From the NCBI GenBank assembly GCA_034530875.2, contig JAVRCJ020000048.1:1-51226 (forward strand): a stretch of DNA of 51,226 nt, given 5' to 3'. The stretch is from Nostoc sp. DedSLP01 (GTDB lineage Bacteria; Cyanobacteriota; Cyanobacteriia; Cyanobacteriales; Nostocaceae). Position 1 is the first letter of the stretch; each line of letters opens with the position of its first letter. The notes under the pieces were generated by a model. It searched no databases. It was not told the origin of the DNA and saw nothing but the letters and a program-made list of their open reading frames with translations. This document shows positions 31,068 through 40,078 of the stretch, in pieces. Made by a program: the position numbers and the translations under genes.

Positions 31068-33089
31068 ATGACCTGCTGCCTAAATCCAGCTTGCCACAAT
31101 CCGACCAATCCCGATCGCACTGCGTTTTGCTTCAACTGCGGTACAAGATTGGTAGTGTTGAGAAACCGCTATCGCCCAATTAAATCATTAGGTGGCGGCG
31201 GATTTGGTAAAACTTATTTAGCAGAAGATATAGACAAATTAAATGAGCATTGTGTCATCAAGCAGTTTGCACCGCAACTACAGGGAACAGACGCACTTAA
31301 CAAAGCCACAGAACTATTTGAGCAAGAAGCAAAGCGACTGCAACAGTTAGGAAGACATCCCCAAATTCCCACACTTTTAGCATATTTTAAGGAAGATAAC
31401 CATCTGTATTTGGTGCAGGAATTTATCGACGGACAGAATTTATTGACGGAATTACAACAGCAGGGAATTTTTAACGAGGAAAAGATAAAACAATTCTTGC
31501 TTGATTTGTTAGATATTCTCAAAACAGTTCATCAACATAACGTTATTCACCGCGATATCAAACCAGAGAATATCATTCGTCGCAGCGATGGGAAATTGGT
31601 ACTAATTGACTTTGGTGCATCCAAGCAGCTGACAGCAACGGTGATAACGCAAATAGGAACAACCATCGGTTCTTTTGGTTATGCGTCACTGGAACAAATG
31701 CACGGTGGTGAAGCTTACCCAGCCAGTGATTTATATGGTGTCGGTGCAACTTGCTTTCACCTATTGAGTGGAATTCACCCTTGGGAACTTTGGCAAAGAC
31801 AAGGTTACGGTTGGGTTACTAGTTGGCGACAATATTTGCAAAACCCAGTAAGTCAAGAATTGGGGCGAATACTAGATAGATTATTGCAAGAACAATACCA
31901 GCAGCGTTATCAGTCGGCTGAGGAAGTTTTACAAGCGTTAAATTCAGAACCAATACCAGTAACTGTACCTGTTACACCTCCACTTACTCCATCAATCAAT
32001 CAAAAAAAACCTATTCCTATATATTTTTTTATTATCCCATTAATTGTATTAATTGGTGCTGGTACTATTTATTTGCTAGGACTAACAAATCTAGGAAAAA
32101 TAGAACAGAAAAGTGCTGATACTTACTATAAGGAAGGATTAGAAAAATACAACAACAAAGATTTTAGCGGTGCAATTGAAGATTATAACCAAGCCATCAA
32201 AATTAATCCCAACTATGCAGATGCTTACTACAATCAAGGTTTAGCTCACTATGATTTAGGAGATAAGCAAGCAGCTATTGAAGATTATACACAAGCCATC
32301 AAAATTAATCCCGACTATGCAAATGCTTTTATCAATCGTGGTTTAACTCACTATGATTTAGGAGATAAGCAAGCAGCTATTGAAGATTATAACCAAGCCA
32401 TTAAAATTAATCCCGACCATGCAAATGCTTACATCAATCGGGGTTTAACTCGCTCTGAGTTAGGAGATAAGCAAGCTGCGATCGCAGATTATAACCAAGC
32501 TATAACAATTAATCCTAACGATGCAGTTGCTTACTACAATCGGGGTTTAGCGCGCTATGATTTAGGTGATAAGCAAGCTGCAATTACAGATTACAACCAA
32601 GCTATAAAAATTAATCCCGACTATGCAAATTCTTTCATCAACCGGGGTTTAGCACGCTCTGAGTTAGGAGATAACCAAGGAGCGATCGCAGATTATAACC
32701 AAGCCATCAAAATCGATCCTAACTATGCACTAGCTTACTTCAACCGGGGCGTAGTTCGCTATGATTTAGGTGATAAGCAAGCTGCAATTGAAGATTACAA
32801 TCAAGCCATCAAAATTAATTCCAGTTATGCAGTTGCTTACTACAATCGGGGTTTAGCTCGTTATGATTTAGGTGATAAGCAAGCTGCAATTGCCGATTAT
32901 AACCAAGCTATAACAATTAATCCTAATTATGCAAATGCTTACTACAATCGAGGTTTAGCTCGCTATAATTTAGGTGATAAGCAAGCTGCAATTGAAGATT
33001 TTCGTCAAGCTGCCAATTTGTATAAGCAACAAGGAAAAGAACGCAGCTATCAAGATTCTCTAAACCGCATTAAACAAGTTGAAAAATAA
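31068..33089 (+). CDS. Ser/Thr protein kinase with 4-Cys N-terminus, TM helix and nine TPRs
   Basis: GGGGFG, HRDIKPEN, DFG; IYFFIIPLIVLIGAG TM helix; 34-aa TPRs. Confidence 0.93.
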   Translation: MTCCLNPACHNPTNPDRTAFCFNCGTRLVVLRNRYRPIKSLGGGGFGKTYLAEDIDKLNEHCVIKQFAPQLQGTDALNKATELFEQEAKRLQQLGRHPQIPTLLAYFKEDNHLYLVQEFIDGQNLLTELQQQGIFNEEKIKQFLLDLLDILKTVHQHNVIHRDIKPENIIRRSDGKLVLIDFGASKQLTATVITQIGTTIGSFGYASLEQMHGGEAYPASDLYGVGATCFHLLSGIHPWELWQRQGYGWVTSWRQYLQNPVSQELGRILDRLLQEQYQQRYQSAEEVLQALNSEPIPVTVPVTPPLTPSINQKKPIPIYFFIIPLIVLIGAGTIYLLGLTNLGKIEQKSADTYYKEGLEKYNNKDFSGAIEDYNQAIKINPNYADAYYNQGLAHYDLGDKQAAIEDYTQAIKINPDYANAFINRGLTHYDLGDKQAAIEDYNQAIKINPDHANAYINRGLTRSELGDKQAAIADYNQAITINPNDAVAYYNRGLARYDLGDKQAAITDYNQAIKINPDYANSFINRGLARSELGDNQGAIADYNQAIKIDPNYALAYFNRGVVRYDLGDKQAAIEDYNQAIKINSSYAVAYYNRGLARYDLGDKQAAIADYNQAITINPNYANAYYNRGLARYNLGDKQAAIEDFRQAANLYKQQGKERSYQDSLNRIKQVEK

Positions 33090-33200
33090 CTATAGAAATC
33101 AGGTTTAATTTTTGAAATTATTTGTGTAGGTAGGGAGTAGGGAATTCGGCTTTTCAATCTGTAGGTTGTTTTTTCACCAAATCAAATATGATTACTATAG
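33090..33200. mobile_element. MITE-like element
   Basis: CTATAGAAATCAGGTTTAATTT ... AAATCAAATATGATTACTATAG imperfect terminal inverted repeats. Confidence 0.6.
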
Positions 33201-33365
33201 ATTTTCGGTTGATTAAAATTATTTGCGCTAATTAGCGTAGAATTAATAGAGAGAATCCTAATATCAATTCAAAATTCACGCATTAAGAATGCAGGCAGAG
33301 CGATCGCTCCTTAATCAAGATTATCTAGATCTATGATAGAAACAAGCCACTTTATGGTTTAACTT

Positions 33366-33959
33366 ATGTCTTCTCCTGTCCTGGAAAAACCTACGACTTC
33401 TGAAACTTCCTACGTTCTTCTGTACAATGTCTGTTGGGAGCAATTAGAACAGCTTGATGTCGTCCTTGCAGGAACAAGCGCACGACTAACTTATTTAGAT
33501 GGGATTCTCGAAATTATGTCTCCGCTTTCTGACGACCACGAGGATAATAAAAAAACTCTGGCAATGTTGCTGGAAATCTATATGCGGTCGAAGAATATCC
33601 GATTTTATGGACGCGGAAGTGCAACTATAGGTAAACAGGAAGACAAAACGCGACGAGAACCTGATGAGTCGTATAATTTAGGCACAAAAAAATCTATTCC
33701 CGATTTAATTTTAGAAATAACTGTTACGAGTGGTGGAATTAATAAGCTAGAAATTTATCAGCGTTTGCGAGTACCTGAAGTTTGGTTTTGGGAAGATGGT
33801 TTATTATCAGTTTATTCTTTGCAAGGTGACAGTTATATAAAAGTACCTAAAAGTACTTTATTGCCCGATTTAGATTTGGATTTATTAGCAAAATATGCAC
33901 GAATGGCTGACCAATATGATGCGGTGACTGAATATAGCCAGCTAATAAATAAGCACTAG
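33366..33959 (+). CDS. Uma2 family (DUF820) protein
   Basis: RLTYLDGILEIMSP, EPDESY, PDLILEI, VPEVWFW. Confidence 0.92.
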   Translation: MSSPVLEKPTTSETSYVLLYNVCWEQLEQLDVVLAGTSARLTYLDGILEIMSPLSDDHEDNKKTLAMLLEIYMRSKNIRFYGRGSATIGKQEDKTRREPDESYNLGTKKSIPDLILEITVTSGGINKLEIYQRLRVPEVWFWEDGLLSVYSLQGDSYIKVPKSTLLPDLDLDLLAKYARMADQYDAVTEYSQLINKH

Positions 33960-33984
33960 GAATTAACGAATATATTCAATGAAA

Positions 33985-34013
33985 GTAGAGACGTTGCATT
34001 GCAACGTCTCTAC
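33985..34013. terminator. GTAG-type palindrome between convergent genes
   Basis: GTAGAGACGTTGCA-T-TGCAACGTCTCTAC. Confidence 0.7.
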
Positions 34014-34020
34014 ATTTTGG

Positions 34021-34296
34021 TTATTGCATCAGAATGTAACGAATTAAAATACTCATCACTTCATCTGCGTTACCAGTTGGTAGTAGTGGACTCCAGTCTC
34101 CGACACTGGCGTAGCCAATTACCTGCAAATAATGAATTGTACTGGTAACGGCTTTGGTAGAACCCATCAGGGTATGCTTAATTGGTTCTCTTTTGGGAAG
34201 CCGCTGTTCAAGAGAGTATTTTGGGGTGGGTGTATCTAAATTTTCACCCAAGAATTGCTCTAATTTTGATTGGGCGGATTCTGGTAATTGTGCCAT
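34021..34296 (-). CDS. Small hypothetical protein
   Basis: ORF with AGGAG ribosome-binding site and a consensus promoter upstream. Confidence 0.75.
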   Translation of the reverse strand: MAQLPESAQSKLEQFLGENLDTPTPKYSLEQRLPKREPIKHTLMGSTKAVTSTIHYLQVIGYASVGDWSPLLPTGNADEVMSILIRYILMQ

Positions 34297-34384
34297 GATT
34301 GTAATCGTCTCCTGAATATAGGGATGACATAAAGGCGATCGCTCTCTTCCTGGCCGAACAGGCGATCGCTTTTTTCATGCTTTT

Positions 34385-34413
34385 AATATAATGTATAAAT
34401 TTATACTTGTCAA
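34385..34413 (-). promoter_or_regulatory. Sigma70-type promoter with a palindromic operator in the spacer
   Basis: Minus strand TTGACA-17 nt-TATATT; GTATAAATTTATAC at 34393-34406. Confidence 0.7.
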
Positions 34414-35455
34414 CTACTTTTGCAAAAATTTTTATTAATAATTCCCCAATTTTTCTGGGTATAAATTATGTATAAAAAACCAGAGTTTTGAAAAAAATCA
34501 GAGTTTTTTAGTCCAATAATTAGCCGAAAAATTATTTTAAACCTATCTGGATTTATACCATCTTAGTTTGCTGATAGAAACAAGCCACTCTATAGTTTGC
34601 AACAAGCATGAGGTATAGATAATCGTAGGGAACATCTTTTCTACCCGTGTAATTCATTTACCTGAAATACCCTCTCTTTAGCGATCGCAGGAATAAAATA
34701 AAGAAAAGCGATCGCATTTAACCTTAATCTAAAAGAACGCGATCGCTATCAACAATTGTTAGCTAAATTCCAAGAAAAAGGAATTGATACAGATAATATC
34801 TAATTTCTGTTAGAAGTTAATAAGCCTTAGAGGTTGAAAAAATTTCGGCTAGTTTTATAGGATGCTTTATGGACTAAAATTTATGACGCACTCTATCTAT
34901 CAGATTAAAGCTAGATAAGCAAATAAAGTGCGTTTAGTCAAAATTAATTAAAACCTCTCGACTAGCAACGGCGATCGCAAGCTATTTTTCGCACTACACC
35001 TTTACTCTGACTTTTAAGCCAGAGGTAATTCTTGTGACAGATATGTGCAATCTCTGACTGCACGAATCTTACCAGCTTTAATTCAGACGATGGATGATTT
35101 TCATACTACTTAAGGTAGTAATATAAACACGGTTGGGTTTGAGGGCTTTTTGGTTTGAAATAGCAATTCGCTGTATCTTTCTTTATACAGCACAAAAATG
35201 GTAACAAGATTGAAATTCTCGTTGTATATGGCTTTATCCTTCAAATTTGTACCTAATTCCCCTGGAATGTGCTGTAACTCTAGACTCAAGCATTTTTTTT
35301 GTGAATAAGGAAAAATAGAATATATGAAGATATTTAACGAAGTATTTTCAAAAACTACCACCCGTGATTACTCTGTGTTCGGACTCTCGGAAAATATCGG
35401 CTAGCCGAGAGTTGTGTGTAACATATTTCCCTACGAGGCTAGAGGTAAGTTAAAG

Positions 35456-36817
35456 ATGGTTATGTTCGATCTAAATCCAAGACAGATGCTTGGACGGATA
35501 GTATCCGCGTCGCTAATTGGTTTGAGCGTCTCAGTTACTGGTTTAATGTCTTTAGAGGTTGTTGAGAAAGTAGCGATCGCTGCTCCGCGCTCTGCATCTG
35601 TTACTACTCAGATCAAGGTGCCCAGTTCTATGAGATCTGCACCTTTTAATACTAACCGTTACCTGAAGGTGCCGCCTAATTTCTCCATCTCAGTTTATGC
35701 CCGCATTCAAAATGCTCGCTTCATGGCAGTTGCTCCCAATGGAGATCTTTTAGTGTCACAGCCCGCTAGGGGTAGAGTGTTGCTTGTCCGGCCAAATGGC
35801 AGCAAAGACCCAATTATTTCTGAGTTTGTTGGAGGTCTACGCAGACCGCACGACATTGTGTTTCATAAAATTGACAACACCACCTACGTTTATATCTCTG
35901 AGACTCATCAAATTAATCGTTACGTCTACACATCTGGAGACCGAACCGCCAAAAAACGTCAAATTGTTGTCAAGGGTTTACCAGATAGTAGCACCAGCGA
36001 ACTCAGAGGAGCGTATGGTCACGAACTGAAAAATATTGCACTCGATCGCAACCACAAACTGTACGTATCCATCGCTTCTACCTGCAATGCCTGCGTCTCA
36101 GATACTACTAGTAACCCAAAACGTGGGGCGATTTACCAGTACAACGCTGATGGAGGTAATCGACGTCTTTTTGCCCAAGGTTTGCGTAATGCCGAAGGAT
36201 TAGCATTCTTACCTAACACAAACGATCTTTGGGTAGTTGGTAATAATCGAGACAATATCCGCTATCCCCACAAAGATAGTACTGGCAATTACGGTAAGCT
36301 GATTCCATCATACGTGGACAACCACCCACCAGAGGTATTCACCAGAGTTAAAGATGGCAGTAACTACGGTTGGCCATTCTGCAATTCCAATCCCGACACG
36401 CCAAGTGGTATGAATAATATGCCGTTAGACCGCGACTATCAGTACAATCGCGATGGAGGCGTTAATTGCGCTGCAATGGACAGGATCAGCAAAGGTATCC
36501 AAGCCCATTCGGCTCCCTTGGGACTAACATTCTTACAAAATACTAACTTTCCTAGCGCGTACTCAAATGGGGCGGTGGTAGGACTGCATGGTTCGTGGAA
36601 TCGCCAGAAGAAAACAGGCTACAAAGTAGTTTACTTTCCCTGGAACAATGGAACAAAGTCTCCGGGGGAGCAGATAGATTTAGTCAGCGGTTGGCTAGTT
36701 CAGGGAACACAACAAATGTGGGGACGGCCAGTGGATACCGCAGTGGATAAGGAAGGTAATTTGTTGATTTCGGATGACTACAGCGGCACCATCTATAAAC
36801 TTTCCTACAATCAGTAA
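35456..36817 (+). CDS. Secreted glucose/sorbosone dehydrogenase-like beta-propeller protein
   Basis: GLRNAEGL, NYGWP, AHSAPLGL, HGSWNR, GRPVD, LLISDD. Confidence 0.88.
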   Translation: MVMFDLNPRQMLGRIVSASLIGLSVSVTGLMSLEVVEKVAIAAPRSASVTTQIKVPSSMRSAPFNTNRYLKVPPNFSISVYARIQNARFMAVAPNGDLLVSQPARGRVLLVRPNGSKDPIISEFVGGLRRPHDIVFHKIDNTTYVYISETHQINRYVYTSGDRTAKKRQIVVKGLPDSSTSELRGAYGHELKNIALDRNHKLYVSIASTCNACVSDTTSNPKRGAIYQYNADGGNRRLFAQGLRNAEGLAFLPNTNDLWVVGNNRDNIRYPHKDSTGNYGKLIPSYVDNHPPEVFTRVKDGSNYGWPFCNSNPDTPSGMNNMPLDRDYQYNRDGGVNCAAMDRISKGIQAHSAPLGLTFLQNTNFPSAYSNGAVVGLHGSWNRQKKTGYKVVYFPWNNGTKSPGEQIDLVSGWLVQGTQQMWGRPVDTAVDKEGNLLISDDYSGTIYKLSYNQ

Positions 36818-36833
36818 ATAGAGGTCAAGGTCT

Positions 36834-37026
36834 ACAGTAGACTTCTTGCAGAAGTGGGTAAAAGAATGACAAGAACGAAAAAAGATTAAAGGGGAAAGAG
36901 AAAATGAATAAATGTCTTCTCTTTCCTATTTTCCTTTACTTATCCGTTGGCGCAGTCTCTCAAAGAGAAGCACTCCTTTAACCTTTCCTCCCTCTTGTAA
37001 AAATAGTTTTGCAACAGGTCTACTGT
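36834..37026. mobile_element. MITE-like element; a second TATAGC...GCTATA element follows at ~37027-37130
   Basis: ACAGTAGACTTCTTGCAGAAGT ... AGTTTTGCAACAGGTCTACTGT inverted termini. Confidence 0.6.
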
Positions 37027-37215
37027 TATAGCAAGGGACTAGGGACTAGTGACTGGTGACTGGGTGAAAAGTCTTGTTGTGTCTAAGTTTTCTCATCTGT
37101 TAATGTCCTAACCGCGTTGACTATGGCTATAACTATTCAAAAAGCTTGATATAAGAGCATTTTGGCTCAATTGCACAGCTTTATTACCAATCTTTCGCGA
37201 TCGCCAGATTAGCAA

Positions 37216-38160
37216 TTAACTCGCAACAGCGATCGCAATTTTCCCTACTGCACGCCCAGTTTCGCTATAACTATGAGCCGCAGCTAATTCTTGTAAGGGA
37301 AATGTGCGATCGATGACTGCACGAATTTTACCAGCTTCAATCAATTCTTTGAGATAAACCAAATCTTTGGCGTTGGGTTTTTGTAACACCAATTTCGATT
37401 TTTGACCGGGAAGAAACGCTGTTAAGACAGTCTGCACAACACTTTCCGGACTGGGTAGGGTGCTGATATATACACCTTTGGGTTTGAGGACTTTTTTGGT
37501 TTGAGAGAGCGATCGCTTACCCACTGCATCAAAAATAATATCGTATTGTTTTGTATCTGTGGCAAAATCTTGTCGCGTATAATCAATCACATAGTCTGCT
37601 CCCAAAGATTTCACCAAATCCAAATTTTTAGAACTGCTAACTCCCGTCACCACAGCCCCTAAAGCCTTAGCAATTTGCACTGCAAAACTTCCCACACCCC
37701 CAGCAGCGCCGTTAATTAAAACATTTTGTCCTGTTTGAATATTTCCGCCATCTCGCAGTGCTTGTAAAGCCGTCAGTGCTGCTAGAGGTACAGCCGCAGC
37801 TTCTTCATAAGACAAATTCGTAGGTTTGAGTGCTGCTACGTTTTCTGGAATAGCAGCAAACTCCGCATAACCACCTCCAGGGAAATTAGTACTGCCATAA
37901 ATAGCATCTCCCGACTTAAAACGCGTGACTTGGGAACCAACCTCTACCACATCTCCCGCCACATCCAACCCCAGAATCTTTGGGAATTTGCTGCCTGTAA
38001 GCAAACTCAACATTCCTTTGCGGATTTTCCAATCAACGGGGTTAACGCTACTAGCACGCACTTTCACAAGTATCTGCGTTGGCTCAATTTTCGGCTGTTC
38101 TACATCTTCGTACTGCAACACCTGGGCGTCGCCATAGCGACGGATAACCACTGCTTTCAT
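37216..38160 (-). CDS. NAD(P)-dependent quinone oxidoreductase / MDR family
   Basis: SVNPVD, NGAAGGVG, GRAVGKI. Confidence 0.92.
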   Translation of the reverse strand: MKAVVIRRYGDAQVLQYEDVEQPKIEPTQILVKVRASSVNPVDWKIRKGMLSLLTGSKFPKILGLDVAGDVVEVGSQVTRFKSGDAIYGSTNFPGGGYAEFAAIPENVAALKPTNLSYEEAAAVPLAALTALQALRDGGNIQTGQNVLINGAAGGVGSFAVQIAKALGAVVTGVSSSKNLDLVKSLGADYVIDYTRQDFATDTKQYDIIFDAVGKRSLSQTKKVLKPKGVYISTLPSPESVVQTVLTAFLPGQKSKLVLQKPNAKDLVYLKELIEAGKIRAVIDRTFPLQELAAAHSYSETGRAVGKIAIAVAS

Positions 38161-38303
38161 AGGATTCCTCCTGCTACCCTGTTTGACTGAATGAACTCAG
38201 ACAGCTTATGACTACAGTGTAGCGATGCATGAGATTTAGCGAAGACCATAGCGGCCCTCAGAGATTTTCTAAAATAAAAATGTCAGTCTAAAACTGCACT
38301 TGT

Positions 38304-38726
38304 ATGCCAGCTAGAGACATCTATCACAACACTGTGAAAAATGCTTTGATTAAAGACAATTGGATAATTACTCATGACCCACTTACTTTGAAGTTTGGTA
38401 AAAAAGATTTGTACGTTGATTTAGGTGCGAGACAGTTATTGGCAGCACAAAAAGCAGAATCAAAAATTGCAGTTGAAATCAAAAGCTTTACTGGCAGATC
38501 GGATATTGATGATTTAGAAAAAGCTTTGGGTCAGTATATTTTATATCAGGATATATTGATGGAATTGGAGCCAGAGCGAGTGCTATATCTAGCAATGCCT
38601 AATACGGTTTTTGATGATTTATTTGAAGAACCAATTGGCAAACTCTTACTCAGAAATCGTCGTTTAAAGCTGATTGCATTCGACTCAAAACAGGAGGTCA
38701 TAAAACAATGGATTGTACCCAATTAG
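38304..38726 (+). CDS. xisH: XisH family protein
   Basis: MPARDIYHNTVKNALIKDNWIITHDP, IAVEIKSF, ALGQY. Confidence 0.93.
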   Translation: MPARDIYHNTVKNALIKDNWIITHDPLTLKFGKKDLYVDLGARQLLAAQKAESKIAVEIKSFTGRSDIDDLEKALGQYILYQDILMELEPERVLYLAMPNTVFDDLFEEPIGKLLLRNRRLKLIAFDSKQEVIKQWIVPN

Positions 38727-39049
38727 ACCGCTATCGCCAGGTGATTGAAACTGTACTTAGTGAATATGCTTCACTGCCTTATTCTTATGCAGATATTCAA
38801 TCAGAAGTAGTATTCGATCGCACCCGCGACCGATATTTGTGGATGGATCTAGGTTGGGATGGCGAACGTCGCGTTCACGGCTGTCTGGTTCATATTGACC
38901 TGATTGATGGCAAAATCTGGATTCAACGAGATGGCACAGAAGAAGGTATCGCCGCTGATTTAGAAAGGGCTGGAATTCCTAAAGAACACATTGTTCTGGG
39001 GTTTCGTCCGCCGGAATTAAGACCTTATACAGGCTATGCAATTGCTTGA
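38708..39049 (+). CDS. xisI: XisI family protein
   Basis: GWDGERRVHGCLVHIDLIDGKIWIQRDGTEEGIA...GIPKEHIVLGF. Confidence 0.93.
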   Translation: MDCTQLDRYRQVIETVLSEYASLPYSYADIQSEVVFDRTRDRYLWMDLGWDGERRVHGCLVHIDLIDGKIWIQRDGTEEGIAADLERAGIPKEHIVLGFRPPELRPYTGYAIA

Positions 39050-39477
39050 GAAGCGATGCAAAAGTTTGCAGCGAACAATTAAGAAAATTTATTGCGATCG
39101 CCAAGTCATGTTAGATTAAAGTTGATTGTTTCCTCGAAACACAAAATTCACGAGCAAGAACAACAACTTTCATCCCATCTCCTCATAGTCGGAATGAAAA
39201 AAACGAGGAAAAAGTTAAATTTTTTGCAAAATATGTGCATCAAAACATCAATTTTGACGAGCCTGTATGCCTTACCAGATAAAAGTTAGAAGCCTAATTG
39301 AATATGATTGCCAAACTAAAAATTAAAAAAATATGAATTGCATTTTTAGCTGAAAAAAAATGATATGTTGGATACAGAATTGAATTTCGCACGTATCTGG
39401 AGTAGTACGACATAGCCTGCTCCAGTTTTTCCCCCAAATCCCTTGCTATTTGTTGCTTTTAGCTGGATTTGAGGGCA

Positions 39478-39712
39478 ATCTGAGTACACATTTAAATAAC
39501 TCAAACCCAGTTTCAAGTGAATTAAAATCCTTGCTGGAAGCCAGTTTTGACTGAGTACAAAGAAATCCTGAACCCCCTTCTCTAAACACTAGAACCCCAG
39601 CCAAAAAATACTAGAACCCCTACCCGAAAAAAATTTTTTTAATTCTTGTAAAGCTCAAAGAATTAGGGTTTTTTGTATTTGAGTACAAGCTTAATAAATC
39701 CAATAAATTCTA
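39478..39712 (+). promoter_or_regulatory. nifB upstream region with three TGAGTACA boxes (probable CnfR-responsive promoter)
   Basis: TGAGTACA at 39481, 39552 and 39680. Confidence 0.8.
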
Positions 39713-40078
39713 TCCTAGATAGACACATCGCCTGGGTCAAATAAGGCTGATATAAATCTTATATCGCCAATTACTTAACGCTCCTACACAAAAGCGCAGC
39801 GAAGAGTAAGTGGAGGGATGACATAGCACCGTGCCCCAAGTGAATAGAAGTCGTGGCTCAACGCACAATTATCCCAAGAACCCAACGTTGACACACACCA
39901 GCCCAAAATCAAAGCCCAAAATCAAATATCTACCGCCTGCCCTACTTGATAACAAGTCGCCCTCACGAGTGCGTTTGCAGGCAGCGTGCAAGCCACGACT
40001 TCAATTTCCGGGCATAGAGAGTAGCCACTGCATCTCCCACAGTGGCAGCCAAGTCCACCGATCCTTTTGCGAAATTCA

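Noticed and set aside
27700..33000. The 102-bp repeat arrays as CRISPR or a DGR template/variable pair
   Set aside because: They are in-frame protein repeats without unique spacers. No cas or reverse transcriptase gene is present and I saw no adenine-specific variation.
38221..39075. AGCGATGCA...AGCGAA on both sides of xisHI as cassette boundaries
   Set aside because: Only 9 bp are identical and they resemble a degenerate HIP1 site, so chance cannot be excluded.
22850..39300. The island as a second Xis-type excision element
   Set aside because: It contains no serine or tyrosine recombinase, interrupts no coding sequence, and its flanking similarity is inverted promoter homology rather than direct repeats.
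39392..39410. Possible NtcA box upstream of nifB (GTATCTGGAGTAGTAC)
   Set aside because: The spacing is GTA-N10-TAC, not N8.
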